Origin: a virus
Direction: 5' to 3' (one strand)
Virus genome (UHGV): UHGV-1550212
Length of the DNA stretch: 64,000 nucleotides
In this document: positions 38,801-47,151 of the stretch, one piece after another
Position numbering within the stretch: position 1 is the stretch's first letter
How the letters are laid out: every line of letters starts with the position of its first letter
The notes under the pieces: generated by a model
What the model was told of the DNA's origin: nothing
The model's input: only the letters and a program-made list of their open reading frames with translations
Databases searched by the model: none
Made by a program: the position numbers and the translations under genes

Positions 38801-39730
38801 TGACTTGATTTTGATTTTGTTGATGCGACCAGGATTGATGAGTGCAATCTTATCTGTTTTGATGTCATTGTCAATTGTGATTGTATGATAATGCACAAGC
38901 TGCTCAAGCGAATGCCACTCTACTACAATTCGCTTGTTGTCAATATCGATGTCAAGCAAGTTGTAGCCATGTTCTGCAGTGCCCTGTTGCGTTGCAGTGT
39001 CATTCAACAAATAGTCGCCTTCACCAAAATCTCTGACAATTGGCGAGCCGCAGTATGTCAATGTCTTGGTGCCAGAAGTCCATATTGCATGTTTGTGAAT
39101 ATCACCCATTGCAACAAAGTTGCTGTGAAACTGTGTTGCATCTATACGACTGTCATTGTCACCACGAACAATGCAGTCATCAAAGTTGACGCAATTCTTT
39201 ACAGGGTCATGGAACAGCTCAATAACACACATTGATGACAATGCAGCAATCTGCGATTCGTCAAGTGATGCCCAAGGCGAATATGTGCCACCAGACCACT
39301 TCTCATTTTGAGCCCATACTGCAGCAGCAAAACCAGGTGCAAGCAGTTCAACTCTTGAACTGTTGATATACTTGATTCGCTTGTCATCAATTGCAGTTAC
39401 AAGCTTGTCAATGCTATCTGTCCACTGCATTTGTGAACCATCACCAGCATCAAATGTGTTATCACGTTGCTTCAAATCATGATTGCCAGCAGTAATGACA
39501 ATTTGAAGCTTGTCATTGACTTCAAGCATGCCTTTGAGCAGCTTAACAAACAGCGACTCTTCAAGTGAATTGCTGTTCCACTGCTCAAACACATCGCCAA
39601 CAATAAACACAAACTCAACCGACTTTGCTTTGTCAATTAGTTGTTTGTTGATGTGCTCATATTCTACGAAACGTCGTAAATGCCCTTGTCGAACATTATA
39701 TTGAATGTCTGCTATGTGAAGTGCTTTCAT
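35804..39730 (-). CDS. fused SbcD-SbcC (Mre11-Rad50-like) nuclease/ATPase
   Basis: N-terminal calcineurin-like phosphoesterase motifs (HIADIQ, IVGDVFE, TAGNHD, GDIHKH); Walker A GNNGNGKTT; long coiled coil with CPVC zinc hook; C-terminal LLIDE Walker B. Confidence 0.8.
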   Translation of the reverse strand: MKALHIADIQYNVRQGHLRRFVEYEHINKQLIDKAKSVEFVFIVGDVFEQWNSNSLEESLFVKLLKGMLEVNDKLQIVITAGNHDLKQRDNTFDAGDGSQMQWTDSIDKLVTAIDDKRIKYINSSRVELLAPGFAAAVWAQNEKWSGGTYSPWASLDESQIAALSSMCVIELFHDPVKNCVNFDDCIVRGDNDSRIDATQFHSNFVAMGDIHKHAIWTSGTKTLTYCGSPIVRDFGEGDYLLNDTATQQGTAEHGYNLLDIDIDNKRIVVEWHSLEQLVHYHTITIDNDIKTDKIALINPGRINKIKIKSKVTKPELSGIVERIAQNLVSSYVVAAIDILYDSAVIDSINAVDANGDNLLQKVQTAEWLKDAALDWVNAYIERNAIVATEDAQQFVDMFKSLIDEQIDKLSFDTEVAKYVIQNVKANQFMALKDVDVSFDNLAQLTQVRGNNGNGKTTIFRLIKWLLTGFIDAGQSSAATKQNALTYFNDKLIDNESYDKLEASCVFVHVVAGQNVHYKLTRTLERRFKRGSRINADGSWRDNVSAVNETVQLVRLSDDYVVPQHEIKDTLYAIFGSIWELSRYVCINQTLLDQIIAMDSNSLNDWLLDTLGINTFVQLGNSNDAAKAALFDGLSKPALTDVAIKAELESLNTTCNELNDSLQLRQDNQREWSAKLTKARAKVEELSKRLHQIPADILTVEDATANVDSIVAKIRKVELDIAALALQDMSKLQTVKAQIEQQLTNIDNEANAAYTNVIASGSQLHNTYAELLTKQNELSAKVQKEVAHAESLYRTKLDESKLAYDAAKQRIDSVLVNLGKSYNADTRAKIDALQKQIEDINTVQNALRTEVSAAKTNIDNVIDKQKQLENDKCPVCTNDLTSGTGQAYKLWLSTELAKLRQEYAQKTEQFNENVVKIGNLKYEIEQLQAAIIDVTDSNAIIAALNTAHKAAYDMHAEKLNDLQRTVVNAQRDLDAFIAQPMATAATLLEVEAVKTQIADITNQLADIKRKAEQAKQDVLQSKSAVESELAAINAELEIAQAEYDKKASYESTLKQLEIDKTAAAFALEHAQQTQQHIVANAALQVDIDDAKQHETEANSKLLSINAEIATMQADLSANNVRIEALKKDLQASKKWNIANLVYNAYKQCTSKRGLVSYVFAAIATSLNAQLNDLLDSLNYRVFFDINDNNVLKMIDLMGSKSIRSVSQMSGMEGTFAGLAIVHLILTQRLNKVGNILLIDEISGKLSNGQIVGAEHDVNTINYQQVLMQLLTKLSAIRKTLIVDHVLQQDEFDSALTVVANTDGTSSIC

Positions 39731-39731
39731 A

Positions 39732-39781
39732 TTCTAAATGAGATTTAGATTATGTTCGAAATATATGAGAACATATATTAT
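39732..39781 (-). promoter_or_regulatory. conserved structured leader element, copy 2
   Basis: Near-identical to the 32779-32827 copy (one A insertion); immediately upstream of the SbcD-SbcC ATG. Confidence 0.5.
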
Positions 39782-39789
39782 ATGTTGAT

Positions 39790-39818
39790 ATTGTACAACA
39801 TATGTTATCATTTTGCAA
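39790..39818 (-). promoter_or_regulatory. sigma70-like promoter (TTGCAA-N17-TACAAT)
   Basis: Upstream of the SbcD-SbcC gene; leader contains the conserved element. Confidence 0.55.
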
Positions 39819-40155
39819 GCATTTTGATGATTGCATCTATCACAGTTTCACTGAGCAAGTAGTAGACAACGCTTATCAGCAATGATATCAGTACTGCAGC
39901 TGTGATAAATTGCAACGCATTCACAATTGCACGCACAAATGTTATCTGCGTGTTGTATGCAAGCACTATGCAGCATAGCACAATAATGACACACCAGACT
40001 ACAATTGCATATGCAGGCATCAATGAATTTGTCCATATGCAGTACAATACAGTAATTAGCATCAAAAATGCTATTGCTCTGATAACTGACACAATGATGT
40101 CTATGTAAGGCTTCATTGCACGCAAATGAACTCTTGGTTTATGTTGCTTCATCAT
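39808..40155 (-). CDS. multi-pass membrane protein
   Basis: 115 aa, highly hydrophobic. Confidence 0.5.
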   Translation of the reverse strand: MMKQHKPRVHLRAMKPYIDIIVSVIRAIAFLMLITVLYCIWTNSLMPAYAIVVWCVIIVLCCIVLAYNTQITFVRAIVNALQFITAAVLISLLISVVYYLLSETVIDAIIKMLAK

Positions 40156-41390
40156 GACTTTATGTACAATTCTGCAAGTTGTCTGGTGTACAGTCGTGGA
40201 TTATGATATGCTTTCCAATACGCAGTAGACTTTATTGCAGCAAGAATTTCATCATAATGTTTGACTGCTTCTGCTACAACTTCATCAAGCACGCTCAAAT
40301 CTTCTACACTGACAAGCAACCATTTTTCTACAATATCAATGAACTCCTGATTGCAATTGAAGCCATACTTGTAGTTGCAAGTATCAAGTACAAGTGGAAT
40401 GCAATCATTTGTCAATGCTTCAAAAAATCTACGAAGACTGAAACAATTCTCATCATATGATGGAATGCTCAATGTAAACTTGGCAGTCTTGATGAGTTGC
40501 AAATACTCTTCGTATGGAATCAGAGGACCATTGTGCTTCCATTGATTATTGTGTCGTCTTGTCGTGTACTTGAACAAAAACTTTGAATTGTCAAGTTCAC
40601 AAAGATGGTCCATGCGTAAAATGTAGTTATAGCGGTCTCTTCTGTCAGGCCAACTGTCAGTCATCGCAAACACAAAGTCTCTTTGCTTGTCACATTTTGC
40701 TGACATACCTCTATGCTGACACATGCAATACCAATATTGCTGCGATGGGCTGAACTCAAACTTTGAATGATGCTCACTTCCATCTTTGCATTGCTGAACA
40801 TAAATGTTGTCAGGCACAAAGTGAAAATAAAAGTGTCGAATTTGCAAGTCATTGATGTAGTCAAGCTTATGCTGCAATGGGTCTTCACAGAAATTGTAAC
40901 ACTGAATATGCTTTGCTGCTGCGTACTCAGCAACTATGAACGTGCACATCCATTGCAATGCAATATCTTCACTCTTCAAAAAGTTTACAAGCGGCTCATT
41001 TGGATGCGCTTTGCATTCATTGAACATTTTGTACCACTTGCATTGCTCCATATCGTACTTTGATACTGTATTGCCATTAAAGAACGACACAGTGTCAATT
41101 TTGAATGCATCAAGTTGTTTATGCACAATGTCAAGTGCTTGTGCGTATGTGATTGTCTCATCAGACATTATCTGCGCAAACTTGATTGGATGCGCATGCA
41201 AATTTGCGATAGTGTCTGCCGACATTTTACGCTGTGTGTGATAATCGACATACAAAAACTGACACTTGTCTGTAAGCAATTCAAGCATTGCTACAGATTT
41301 CCATCGAATTGCTTGAAAGAAATTGAAGTGTGCAGTTTGAAAGATGAGATGCGTAGGTTTATCAGAATGAGTCAAAGTTTGCATGGACAA
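40152..41390 (-). CDS. putative glycosyltransferase-like protein (cassette copy A1)
   Basis: Paralog of 44432..45988 (shared EDPLQHKL, PSQQYWY, FTLSIPSYDENCFSLRRFFEAL...CIPLV); the last block resembles a GT-B C-terminal motif. Confidence 0.4.
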   Translation of the reverse strand: MSMQTLTHSDKPTHLIFQTAHFNFFQAIRWKSVAMLELLTDKCQFLYVDYHTQRKMSADTIANLHAHPIKFAQIMSDETITYAQALDIVHKQLDAFKIDTVSFFNGNTVSKYDMEQCKWYKMFNECKAHPNEPLVNFLKSEDIALQWMCTFIVAEYAAAKHIQCYNFCEDPLQHKLDYINDLQIRHFYFHFVPDNIYVQQCKDGSEHHSKFEFSPSQQYWYCMCQHRGMSAKCDKQRDFVFAMTDSWPDRRDRYNYILRMDHLCELDNSKFLFKYTTRRHNNQWKHNGPLIPYEEYLQLIKTAKFTLSIPSYDENCFSLRRFFEALTNDCIPLVLDTCNYKYGFNCNQEFIDIVEKWLLVSVEDLSVLDEVVAEAVKHYDEILAAIKSTAYWKAYHNPRLYTRQLAELYIKS

Positions 41391-42547
41391 ATGTCGCAGT
41401 TATGTTGATGTTTGTGTTTATTTATGAAGTCATATGTCACTGCAAAAAAGTGCTTTGCAATGTCATATCGAGTTTTCAAATATGCTGCTTGGCGTTCACA
41501 AAACGCTGCATAAATGTCTGGGTGTCGTTTGAATGCAGCAATGCGTTGCTGTACTTGTTCTGCAGAATGTACATATGACACTTTGCTCAAATATGCATCA
41601 TCTGCAAATAATCGTCTGTCTTTGTCAACTGCGCAATCAACAAAAGTTGCAATTCGTGCAACAATGGCTTCACCAACACGATTTGGCATCAACCCATATT
41701 GCTCATATTGTTGGTCACCGATAGCAATGTGCGCTGCTGCATATGACATTGCATATGGCACACTATAAAATGGCACACTAAAATCAAATGAGCAATTTGA
41801 CTGTAGTAGTTGCGTTTGTGCATCAGACAATCTACTTGTCAAGTTGCCTGTATGTTTGTGCTCACCAAGAAAACTTGAGCGACAACCTGAATCTACATAG
41901 TATCGAATGACTTTGTTTATGCGACTGTCAGATAGCATATGCCAATCTCTTGTAGCATATATCAAGTCTACTGTTTTTGCACCAATATGACGAGGCTCTA
42001 TCGCAACATTGCTGTATGTTGGCAGCATGAACAATGGCAGCCATTTGACATTGTTGAACACTGAATGTTCATTTGACAAATTCATGCACTGGCTAAGTTC
42101 AAGTACTGGCTCATCATACACGCCATGCAGTTCAACTCTGCCTGCATGCACAAAGTTGACACGCTTAAATGGAAATCGCATATCAGTGCAAACCGTCATT
42201 CTTGCTGCAGTAGACATTCGCCACATAGCATGCAGCTTAACAACTGCTTCGGCTTGAGGTCGAGGCAGCATATTTAGCAAATCAATCCAGCCACCCCACA
42301 AAATCCAAACATCATTTGAACAGATGTTGAATTGCAAACTCAATATGTCTTCTACTGTTGCAGCAATGATGTCATGCCCATTGATGCTTGCAAGGTGCTT
42401 TCGTTGATTTGCAATAAGAATGACTTGACTGAACGGAGACTCTGGAAATGACACAAGCGCCTTTGCAAACAACACGGGTTCTTGTGATACCAAGTTGTTT
42501 GAGTATGGGTCGATTATGCAATCAAGCTTGTGTATGAAAAGTCTCAT
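41372..42547 (-). CDS. hypothetical enzyme-like protein (cassette copy B1)
   Basis: Paralog of 45985..47151 (shared N-terminus LFI.K.D, TDxRF.F, L.PNR). Confidence 0.45.
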   Translation of the reverse strand: MRLFIHKLDCIIDPYSNNLVSQEPVLFAKALVSFPESPFSQVILIANQRKHLASINGHDIIAATVEDILSLQFNICSNDVWILWGGWIDLLNMLPRPQAEAVVKLHAMWRMSTAARMTVCTDMRFPFKRVNFVHAGRVELHGVYDEPVLELSQCMNLSNEHSVFNNVKWLPLFMLPTYSNVAIEPRHIGAKTVDLIYATRDWHMLSDSRINKVIRYYVDSGCRSSFLGEHKHTGNLTSRLSDAQTQLLQSNCSFDFSVPFYSVPYAMSYAAAHIAIGDQQYEQYGLMPNRVGEAIVARIATFVDCAVDKDRRLFADDAYLSKVSYVHSAEQVQQRIAAFKRHPDIYAAFCERQAAYLKTRYDIAKHFFAVTYDFINKHKHQHNCDICPCKL

Positions 42548-43278
42548 TTTGCAGACGATTCAAAAAATTTGTAGACATCACAGTTAGCAATGTGGTCATT
42601 CCAAGCATCTTCAGAGTCTGCAACAAAGCCACAATGACAGCGTTTTGGCTGCCAAACTGGTTCAACTACTGCAGGCATTGCTTCTTCAATAGTGTTTGCA
42701 GGTTCATTATCTGCTGGCAATACTTCAACGTCTTCAACTTGTGCTGCATCTTGTTGTGCACGCTGCTCAATGACATTGCCCTCAAAGTCAAACTGAATGC
42801 CAGCTTGTTCTGCTTTTGTACGATTGTTACGAGCTACGAACAAATACGCAAAGATGAATTCGACAAGCGCTATGGCAAGTGACTTCAGTGCATTGACAAG
42901 AAGCATGATGCCCGTTGACAAGTGGCCGTCAAAGCTCAAAAATACGAACACGCATGTAAAGCATGACATAAACACTGCAATCAGTGGAATGTTCTTGTAT
43001 TTTGGCAACAAATCAGAGTTGACTGATGTAAGCAACACAACGAATTGATAACCTATTGCAAGCCAATAGTCGCCAAACACTGCATAGATATGCGTAGTGA
43101 TGCCAATAAGAAATGTGATAGTCACAATCATAATGAGCAACACACTTGTCAGAAAGTCTGCAATAGAATTGCTGAGCTTGTCATACCAGTGTTTGTTGAC
43201 AATTGATGTGTTGGCTACGCGCACTTTACTAAGTGCATCTATGCCGCTTTTGATATTTGATTGTGCTTTCATACACAT
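42544..43278 (-). CDS. membrane protein with cytoplasmic acidic C-terminal domain
   Basis: 244 aa, about four TM helices, then Cys/His-containing tail (CHCGF...HIANCD). Confidence 0.5.
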   Translation of the reverse strand: MCMKAQSNIKSGIDALSKVRVANTSIVNKHWYDKLSNSIADFLTSVLLIMIVTITFLIGITTHIYAVFGDYWLAIGYQFVVLLTSVNSDLLPKYKNIPLIAVFMSCFTCVFVFLSFDGHLSTGIMLLVNALKSLAIALVEFIFAYLFVARNNRTKAEQAGIQFDFEGNVIEQRAQQDAAQVEDVEVLPADNEPANTIEEAMPAVVEPVWQPKRCHCGFVADSEDAWNDHIANCDVYKFFESSAK

Positions 43279-43284
43279 ATAATG

Positions 43285-43422
43285 TTATATCATATCTACA
43301 CACAAAGCAAATGCTACTGCAAGTGCAGCCATAATTGCATATACGACTATCGATGCAATATAATCTGATTCAGGATTCCACTTATCAGGTGTGTTAAGCT
43401 TGTGATACTTGTCTCGTCTCAT
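43285..43422 (-). CDS. possible small membrane protein (45 aa)
   Basis: Hand-translated MRRDKYHKLNTPDKWNPESDYIASIVVYAIMAALAVAFALCVDMI; sits just downstream of a terminator-like hairpin; below the track length cutoff. Confidence 0.25.
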   Translation of the reverse strand: MRRDKYHKLNTPDKWNPESDYIASIVVYAIMAALAVAFALCVDMI

Positions 43423-43430
43423 CTTGAGTC

Positions 43431-43481
43431 AAAAAATGATGGCTGCTGCTACATTTTGTGAAATCATGTGCAGCAGCCATC
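43431..43481 (-). terminator. terminator-like hairpin (possible attenuator or sRNA 3' end)
   Basis: 12-bp perfect stem GATGGCTGCTGC/GCAGCAGCCATC with 20-nt loop, followed by UUUUUU on the minus strand; lies ~55 nt downstream of a promoter. Confidence 0.5.
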
Positions 43482-43530
43482 TGGCAGGTTTCTTGCTTTG
43501 TAAAGCTTGGATAGAGGATGGATTTTATAT
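43431..43530 (-). ncRNA. candidate ~100-nt small RNA or transcription attenuator (speculative)
   Basis: Defined only by promoter (-10 at 43537-43542) upstream and a strong hairpin/U6 terminator at its 3' end; no sequence family recognised. Confidence 0.2.
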
Positions 43531-43536
43531 GTTGAT

Positions 43537-43565
43537 ATTGTACAACATGCAAAATGCATTTGCAT
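43537..43565 (-). promoter_or_regulatory. sigma70-like promoter (ATGCAA-N17-TACAAT) with adjacent 17-bp tandem repeats
   Basis: Followed ~55 nt downstream by the terminator-like hairpin 43438-43481. Confidence 0.4.
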
Positions 43566-43594
43566 TTTGATACAACATGCATTTTGATACAACA
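43561..43594. repeat. perfect 17-bp tandem direct repeat x2 (TGCATTTTGATACAACA)
   Basis: Read directly; overlaps the -35 region of promoter 43537-43565, next to an AAAATGCA-TT-TGCATTTT palindrome. Confidence 0.7.
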
Positions 43595-43601
43595 TATATT
43601 G

Positions 43602-43817
43602 TCATTTTGCACAGTCTGAGGCAATCAAATCTTTGTCAAAGCATTCATCTATAATGTCTTCAATAAGATACGCTTCGACATTGTTAAGCTTCAAGATATC
43701 TACGAGTTTTGCTTTGATATCGCAAGCTAATGCAGATTCAACTGTATGCAATATGACTGATGATGCGACATGCTTGTCTGTCATCATTTGTAATTGCTGT
43801 GGTGTTACTCTACTCAT
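43602..43817 (-). CDS. hypothetical small protein
   Basis: 71-aa ORF with 4-nt overlap to the upstream kinase gene. Confidence 0.35.
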   Translation of the reverse strand: MSRVTPQQLQMMTDKHVASSVILHTVESALACDIKAKLVDILKLNNVEAYLIEDIIDECFDKDLIASDCAK

Positions 43818-44386
43818 GCGCCAAGTTCAGCTAAGCATTTTAGCACATTGTCTTGCAGACTTACATTGTTGTCGATTTCGACAATATGCAATGGTGAGTT
43901 CTTTCGCCACTCATCATATGCAGCAATCATTTTATTGCGTTTGTTGACATCAATGTTGACATCGCCACAAAAGTTATCAACAAAATCTGGTGCAACATCA
44001 CGCTTGCATAAGAACACTATATGCGGCAATGTTGCAAGCTTCTTTTCATATGCTTCAAAGAATGCTTGATGCTTATCAGTGTGCAACTCTTTGTAAAGCG
44101 TTGTGTTAAAGATTTGATGTGTGATGAACGAACGGTCACACAAAAATGTTGCTTTGCCAAAGCCTTTAGAGTCATTTCCAATGAACTCTAAGAAGAAGCG
44201 CCAATCATAAAAGAACGCTTCATTGAGGTCCCAAGGTTCGGGCATTGGGTCATCACCTGACTCATGCTGTTGCCACCAAGAACGAGATGTTCGTTTGCAA
44301 TTGATAAACCATGGGCGCCACTTCATCAATTCATTGATGAGTGTTGTTTTGCCTGAAGCTTCTACACCTTCAAATATCGCTATCAT
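43814..44386 (-). CDS. P-loop deoxynucleoside monophosphate kinase-like protein
   Basis: Walker A IFEGVEASGKTT and a CDRSF (DRY/DRS-like) motif as in thymidylate/dNMP kinases. Confidence 0.6.
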   Translation of the reverse strand: MIAIFEGVEASGKTTLINELMKWRPWFINCKRTSRSWWQQHESGDDPMPEPWDLNEAFFYDWRFFLEFIGNDSKGFGKATFLCDRSFITHQIFNTTLYKELHTDKHQAFFEAYEKKLATLPHIVFLCKRDVAPDFVDNFCGDVNIDVNKRNKMIAAYDEWRKNSPLHIVEIDNNVSLQDNVLKCLAELGA

Positions 44387-44411
44387 TGTGTATTATGTTT
44401 GATTTTTGATT

Positions 44412-44440
44412 ACAGTACAACGTAGTTATGCTCATTGCAC
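44412..44440 (-). promoter_or_regulatory. weak sigma70-like promoter (GTGCAA-N17-TACTGT)
   Basis: Upstream of the dNMP kinase gene; -10 is a poor match. Confidence 0.3.
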
Positions 44441-45988
44441 TTCTACGAATGGCTCTTTCAACACAAAGCTGTCACCATTGCAACATGCGGCTGAGCCATC
44501 GTCTGCATCAAGTGCACATGACATATCAGACTTGCAGAACTTGCAATATAAACATGACCATGCATGACTCATGAAGTTGTTTGCTTCACAAATTGCGCAA
44601 CGCTCATGCATAAGTGCATTGTCGCAATTATCACAAGACTTCTTGATTGGCACAGTTTTGTTGATGTATGCAAGATGCAATGCAATATCATACACAAAGT
44701 CACCCGTATATTGCTGAATGAAATCAGTATGCCACAACTCTTTTAACAATTGTGCATGTCTATATGGCTGAACAATGTCTTCAAGATGCTGCAAGTCATC
44801 ATCGCTAACCATGAGCTTCTTAATGACAAATTGTTTGAACTGTGGCCATCTGTCAAACATATAGAGTTTGCATGAGTTGTGCACAAGTGGAACACAGCCA
44901 AGCACAATGCTTTCACAGAATCTACGCAAACTAAAACAGTTTGCATCATATGACGGCACAATCAATGTGAATCTGCTATGCTTGATGAGTTCAAGGTATG
45001 TGTCATATGGCAGTAGCTTATCTGACAATTGCTGTTGTTGTTTGTCTCTGCTGAAAAATCTGAACACAATACCCTTGTCAATTGCATCTTGATTGTGCAG
45101 ATGCATGAGTTTGTTGATGAGTTCTGTGCGTTCAGTTTTGTCTCGCCAAGTATTCGTCAATGCAAATGCAAAATTCAGTCGCTTGTCATCAAACGTCGCT
45201 TCAATATCATTCCAAGTTTTGTCATGCAAATACCAGTATTGCTGTGATGGGCACCATCCATAATATGCAATAGCATCTTGTTCTGCTGTAACGTCATACA
45301 CATATGCAGAATTGTATTCAAGGCCAAGCCTTTTGACGTTGTTGCAGTCATGAAAGTACCAATGCTGCACTTTGAATATCTTTGATGCACTGAATGCGCT
45401 TTCATATGGCCCTGAATAGCGATAGTCAATGTAATTGAGCTTGTGCTGCAATGGGTCTTCGACAAAGTTGTTTATGACTGTGCCTTGTTGTTTGCCCTTA
45501 GTCTTGCGAGCATTCAATGCAACATTGTATTGCATGATGACTGACAGCATCTCATACACTACATACATGAGTGCTTTGTAGACTGAGCCTGCTGCGTCAA
45601 TTAGTGGCAAATCACGTTTGACTGATGTAGCGCCAAATGTCTTGCAATATGCAGAAAATGTGTCAAGTTCTGCTTGCTGAAATGAATTGCATGCACCATT
45701 GAATATGTTGAATGTTGCAATGTAGCTCATATTGCAAGATGTCATTGACATATCAAGACGCTTCATAATGTCGACAATGCGACATTGAGCAAAATCTGAC
45801 ACATCAACATATTTGACATGATGGCCTGATGTAGTCAAGCCATCTGCGACATCTTTCATCTGTGGCACAAAGCCTACAACAATGAATAAGTCATCTTTGT
45901 TTGCTCGTTCAAACATTGCTGCACTTTTCCAAGTCAATGAATTGAAAAAGTCTATGTAGCCAGTTTGAGTGATTATATGCGTTCTCAT
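44432..45988 (-). CDS. putative glycosyltransferase-like protein (cassette copy A2) with Cys-rich C-terminal extension
   Basis: Paralog of 40152..41390 (EDPLQHKLNY, PSQQYWY, FTLIVPSYDANCFSLRRFCESIVLGCVPLV); extra CDNCDN...C cluster. Confidence 0.4.
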   Translation of the reverse strand: MRTHIITQTGYIDFFNSLTWKSAAMFERANKDDLFIVVGFVPQMKDVADGLTTSGHHVKYVDVSDFAQCRIVDIMKRLDMSMTSCNMSYIATFNIFNGACNSFQQAELDTFSAYCKTFGATSVKRDLPLIDAAGSVYKALMYVVYEMLSVIMQYNVALNARKTKGKQQGTVINNFVEDPLQHKLNYIDYRYSGPYESAFSASKIFKVQHWYFHDCNNVKRLGLEYNSAYVYDVTAEQDAIAYYGWCPSQQYWYLHDKTWNDIEATFDDKRLNFAFALTNTWRDKTERTELINKLMHLHNQDAIDKGIVFRFFSRDKQQQQLSDKLLPYDTYLELIKHSRFTLIVPSYDANCFSLRRFCESIVLGCVPLVHNSCKLYMFDRWPQFKQFVIKKLMVSDDDLQHLEDIVQPYRHAQLLKELWHTDFIQQYTGDFVYDIALHLAYINKTVPIKKSCDNCDNALMHERCAICEANNFMSHAWSCLYCKFCKSDMSCALDADDGSAACCNGDSFVLKEPFVEVQ

Positions 45989-47151
45989 GATTTGAATGTT
46001 TGTTCAAGAATTGTATAGCACTGTGCAATCATTGTTGCAAGAGCTTTTTGCTGAAGCTGTTTGCAATTTGAAGATATTGTGTATTGCTGACGCTCAGTTG
46101 TAGTACTGCTTAATGTCGCAAATTGCAGGTACTCATCTTCTGACATGATATCAGCAAACAATGCAGACAATTCATAATCTACAATGACATTTGAGCAGTT
46201 TGCAAGTACGCCTTCAACCCATCGATTTGGCAACAAACATGCTTGCACATACAATGAATCGCCGACTACAAGATTGCACATTGACTGCGACATTACATAC
46301 GTCATCATGTCATATGGCACTTTGTACTTAAGTGTGAAGTTTTGTGCTGCTGACTTAATTGCTTGCAGAATTGTGTCATCAAGATATGATGTTATAAGGC
46401 AAGTATTGTATGCCTGCATAATGTAACGCTCAATCACGCTTCTACGATACTCGTCAAGATATGTGAAACCTGCACAACTTGCACAACATGCATATTGCTG
46501 CTTTATGTCAGCAAAGCTACACACATGCGCTTCAATTGCATTTTGCATTGTTGCTTGTCGTTTGAGCAATCTTGGCTCTTTAATGCATTGAAGCTTCAAT
46601 GCATTGACTGCTGCAATGATTTGCAATGGCACAAACACGCATTGAGACTCATCAAGCCAAGCATACTTGAGATTTTTATGTTGACACAGATGCGTAATGT
46701 TGTCTTTTTGTGATTCTAAGTACTCTTTGTAATTATGCAATCGCTTTGTCAATGTGCACTCTTTGTCAAAATCAAATCGCAAATCAGTTGTTAGTGTAAA
46801 TTTGCGAACATTTGACAAGCACCATGCTTTGAATGCATTCCACAGAACATCTTGCTGAAATTCTGAACAATGTTCAAGAGCAGCCTTTGAGCCCTGCCAG
46901 AATATTGCGCAATCATCTGATTTTGCACACTTCAGCATATCTTGCCATGCATGTATGCTATTGATGATATGCACTTTATTATGCACAAGCTCATTAAGTG
47001 TTGCATGCTTGTTCTCAGGGTCGCCAAACACGTATACTGTATCAAACATTGTTTGAACAAACCCTGCAAATGCAATGGGTTCTGTATGTTTAAGATGCTG
47101 TATGTCTGAACGCACACATGTGTCAAATTTCAAAATGAAGAGTTTGCTCAT
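45985..47151 (-). CDS. hypothetical enzyme-like protein (cassette copy B2)
   Basis: Paralog of 41372..42547; promoter at 47181-47210. Confidence 0.45.
   Translation of the reverse strand: MSKLFILKFDTCVRSDIQHLKHTEPIAFAGFVQTMFDTVYVFGDPENKHATLNELVHNKVHIINSIHAWQDMLKCAKSDDCAIFWQGSKAALEHCSEFQQDVLWNAFKAWCLSNVRKFTLTTDLRFDFDKECTLTKRLHNYKEYLESQKDNITHLCQHKNLKYAWLDESQCVFVPLQIIAAVNALKLQCIKEPRLLKRQATMQNAIEAHVCSFADIKQQYACCASCAGFTYLDEYRRSVIERYIMQAYNTCLITSYLDDTILQAIKSAAQNFTLKYKVPYDMMTYVMSQSMCNLVVGDSLYVQACLLPNRWVEGVLANCSNVIVDYELSALFADIMSEDEYLQFATLSSTTTERQQYTISSNCKQLQQKALATMIAQCYTILEQTFKS

Noticed and set aside
43394-43624. Minus-strand ORF (76 aa) spanning the promoter, tandem repeats and terminator hairpin
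   Set aside because: It would read straight through a 12-bp stem plus U6 terminator and a promoter; the region is better explained as regulatory DNA or RNA.
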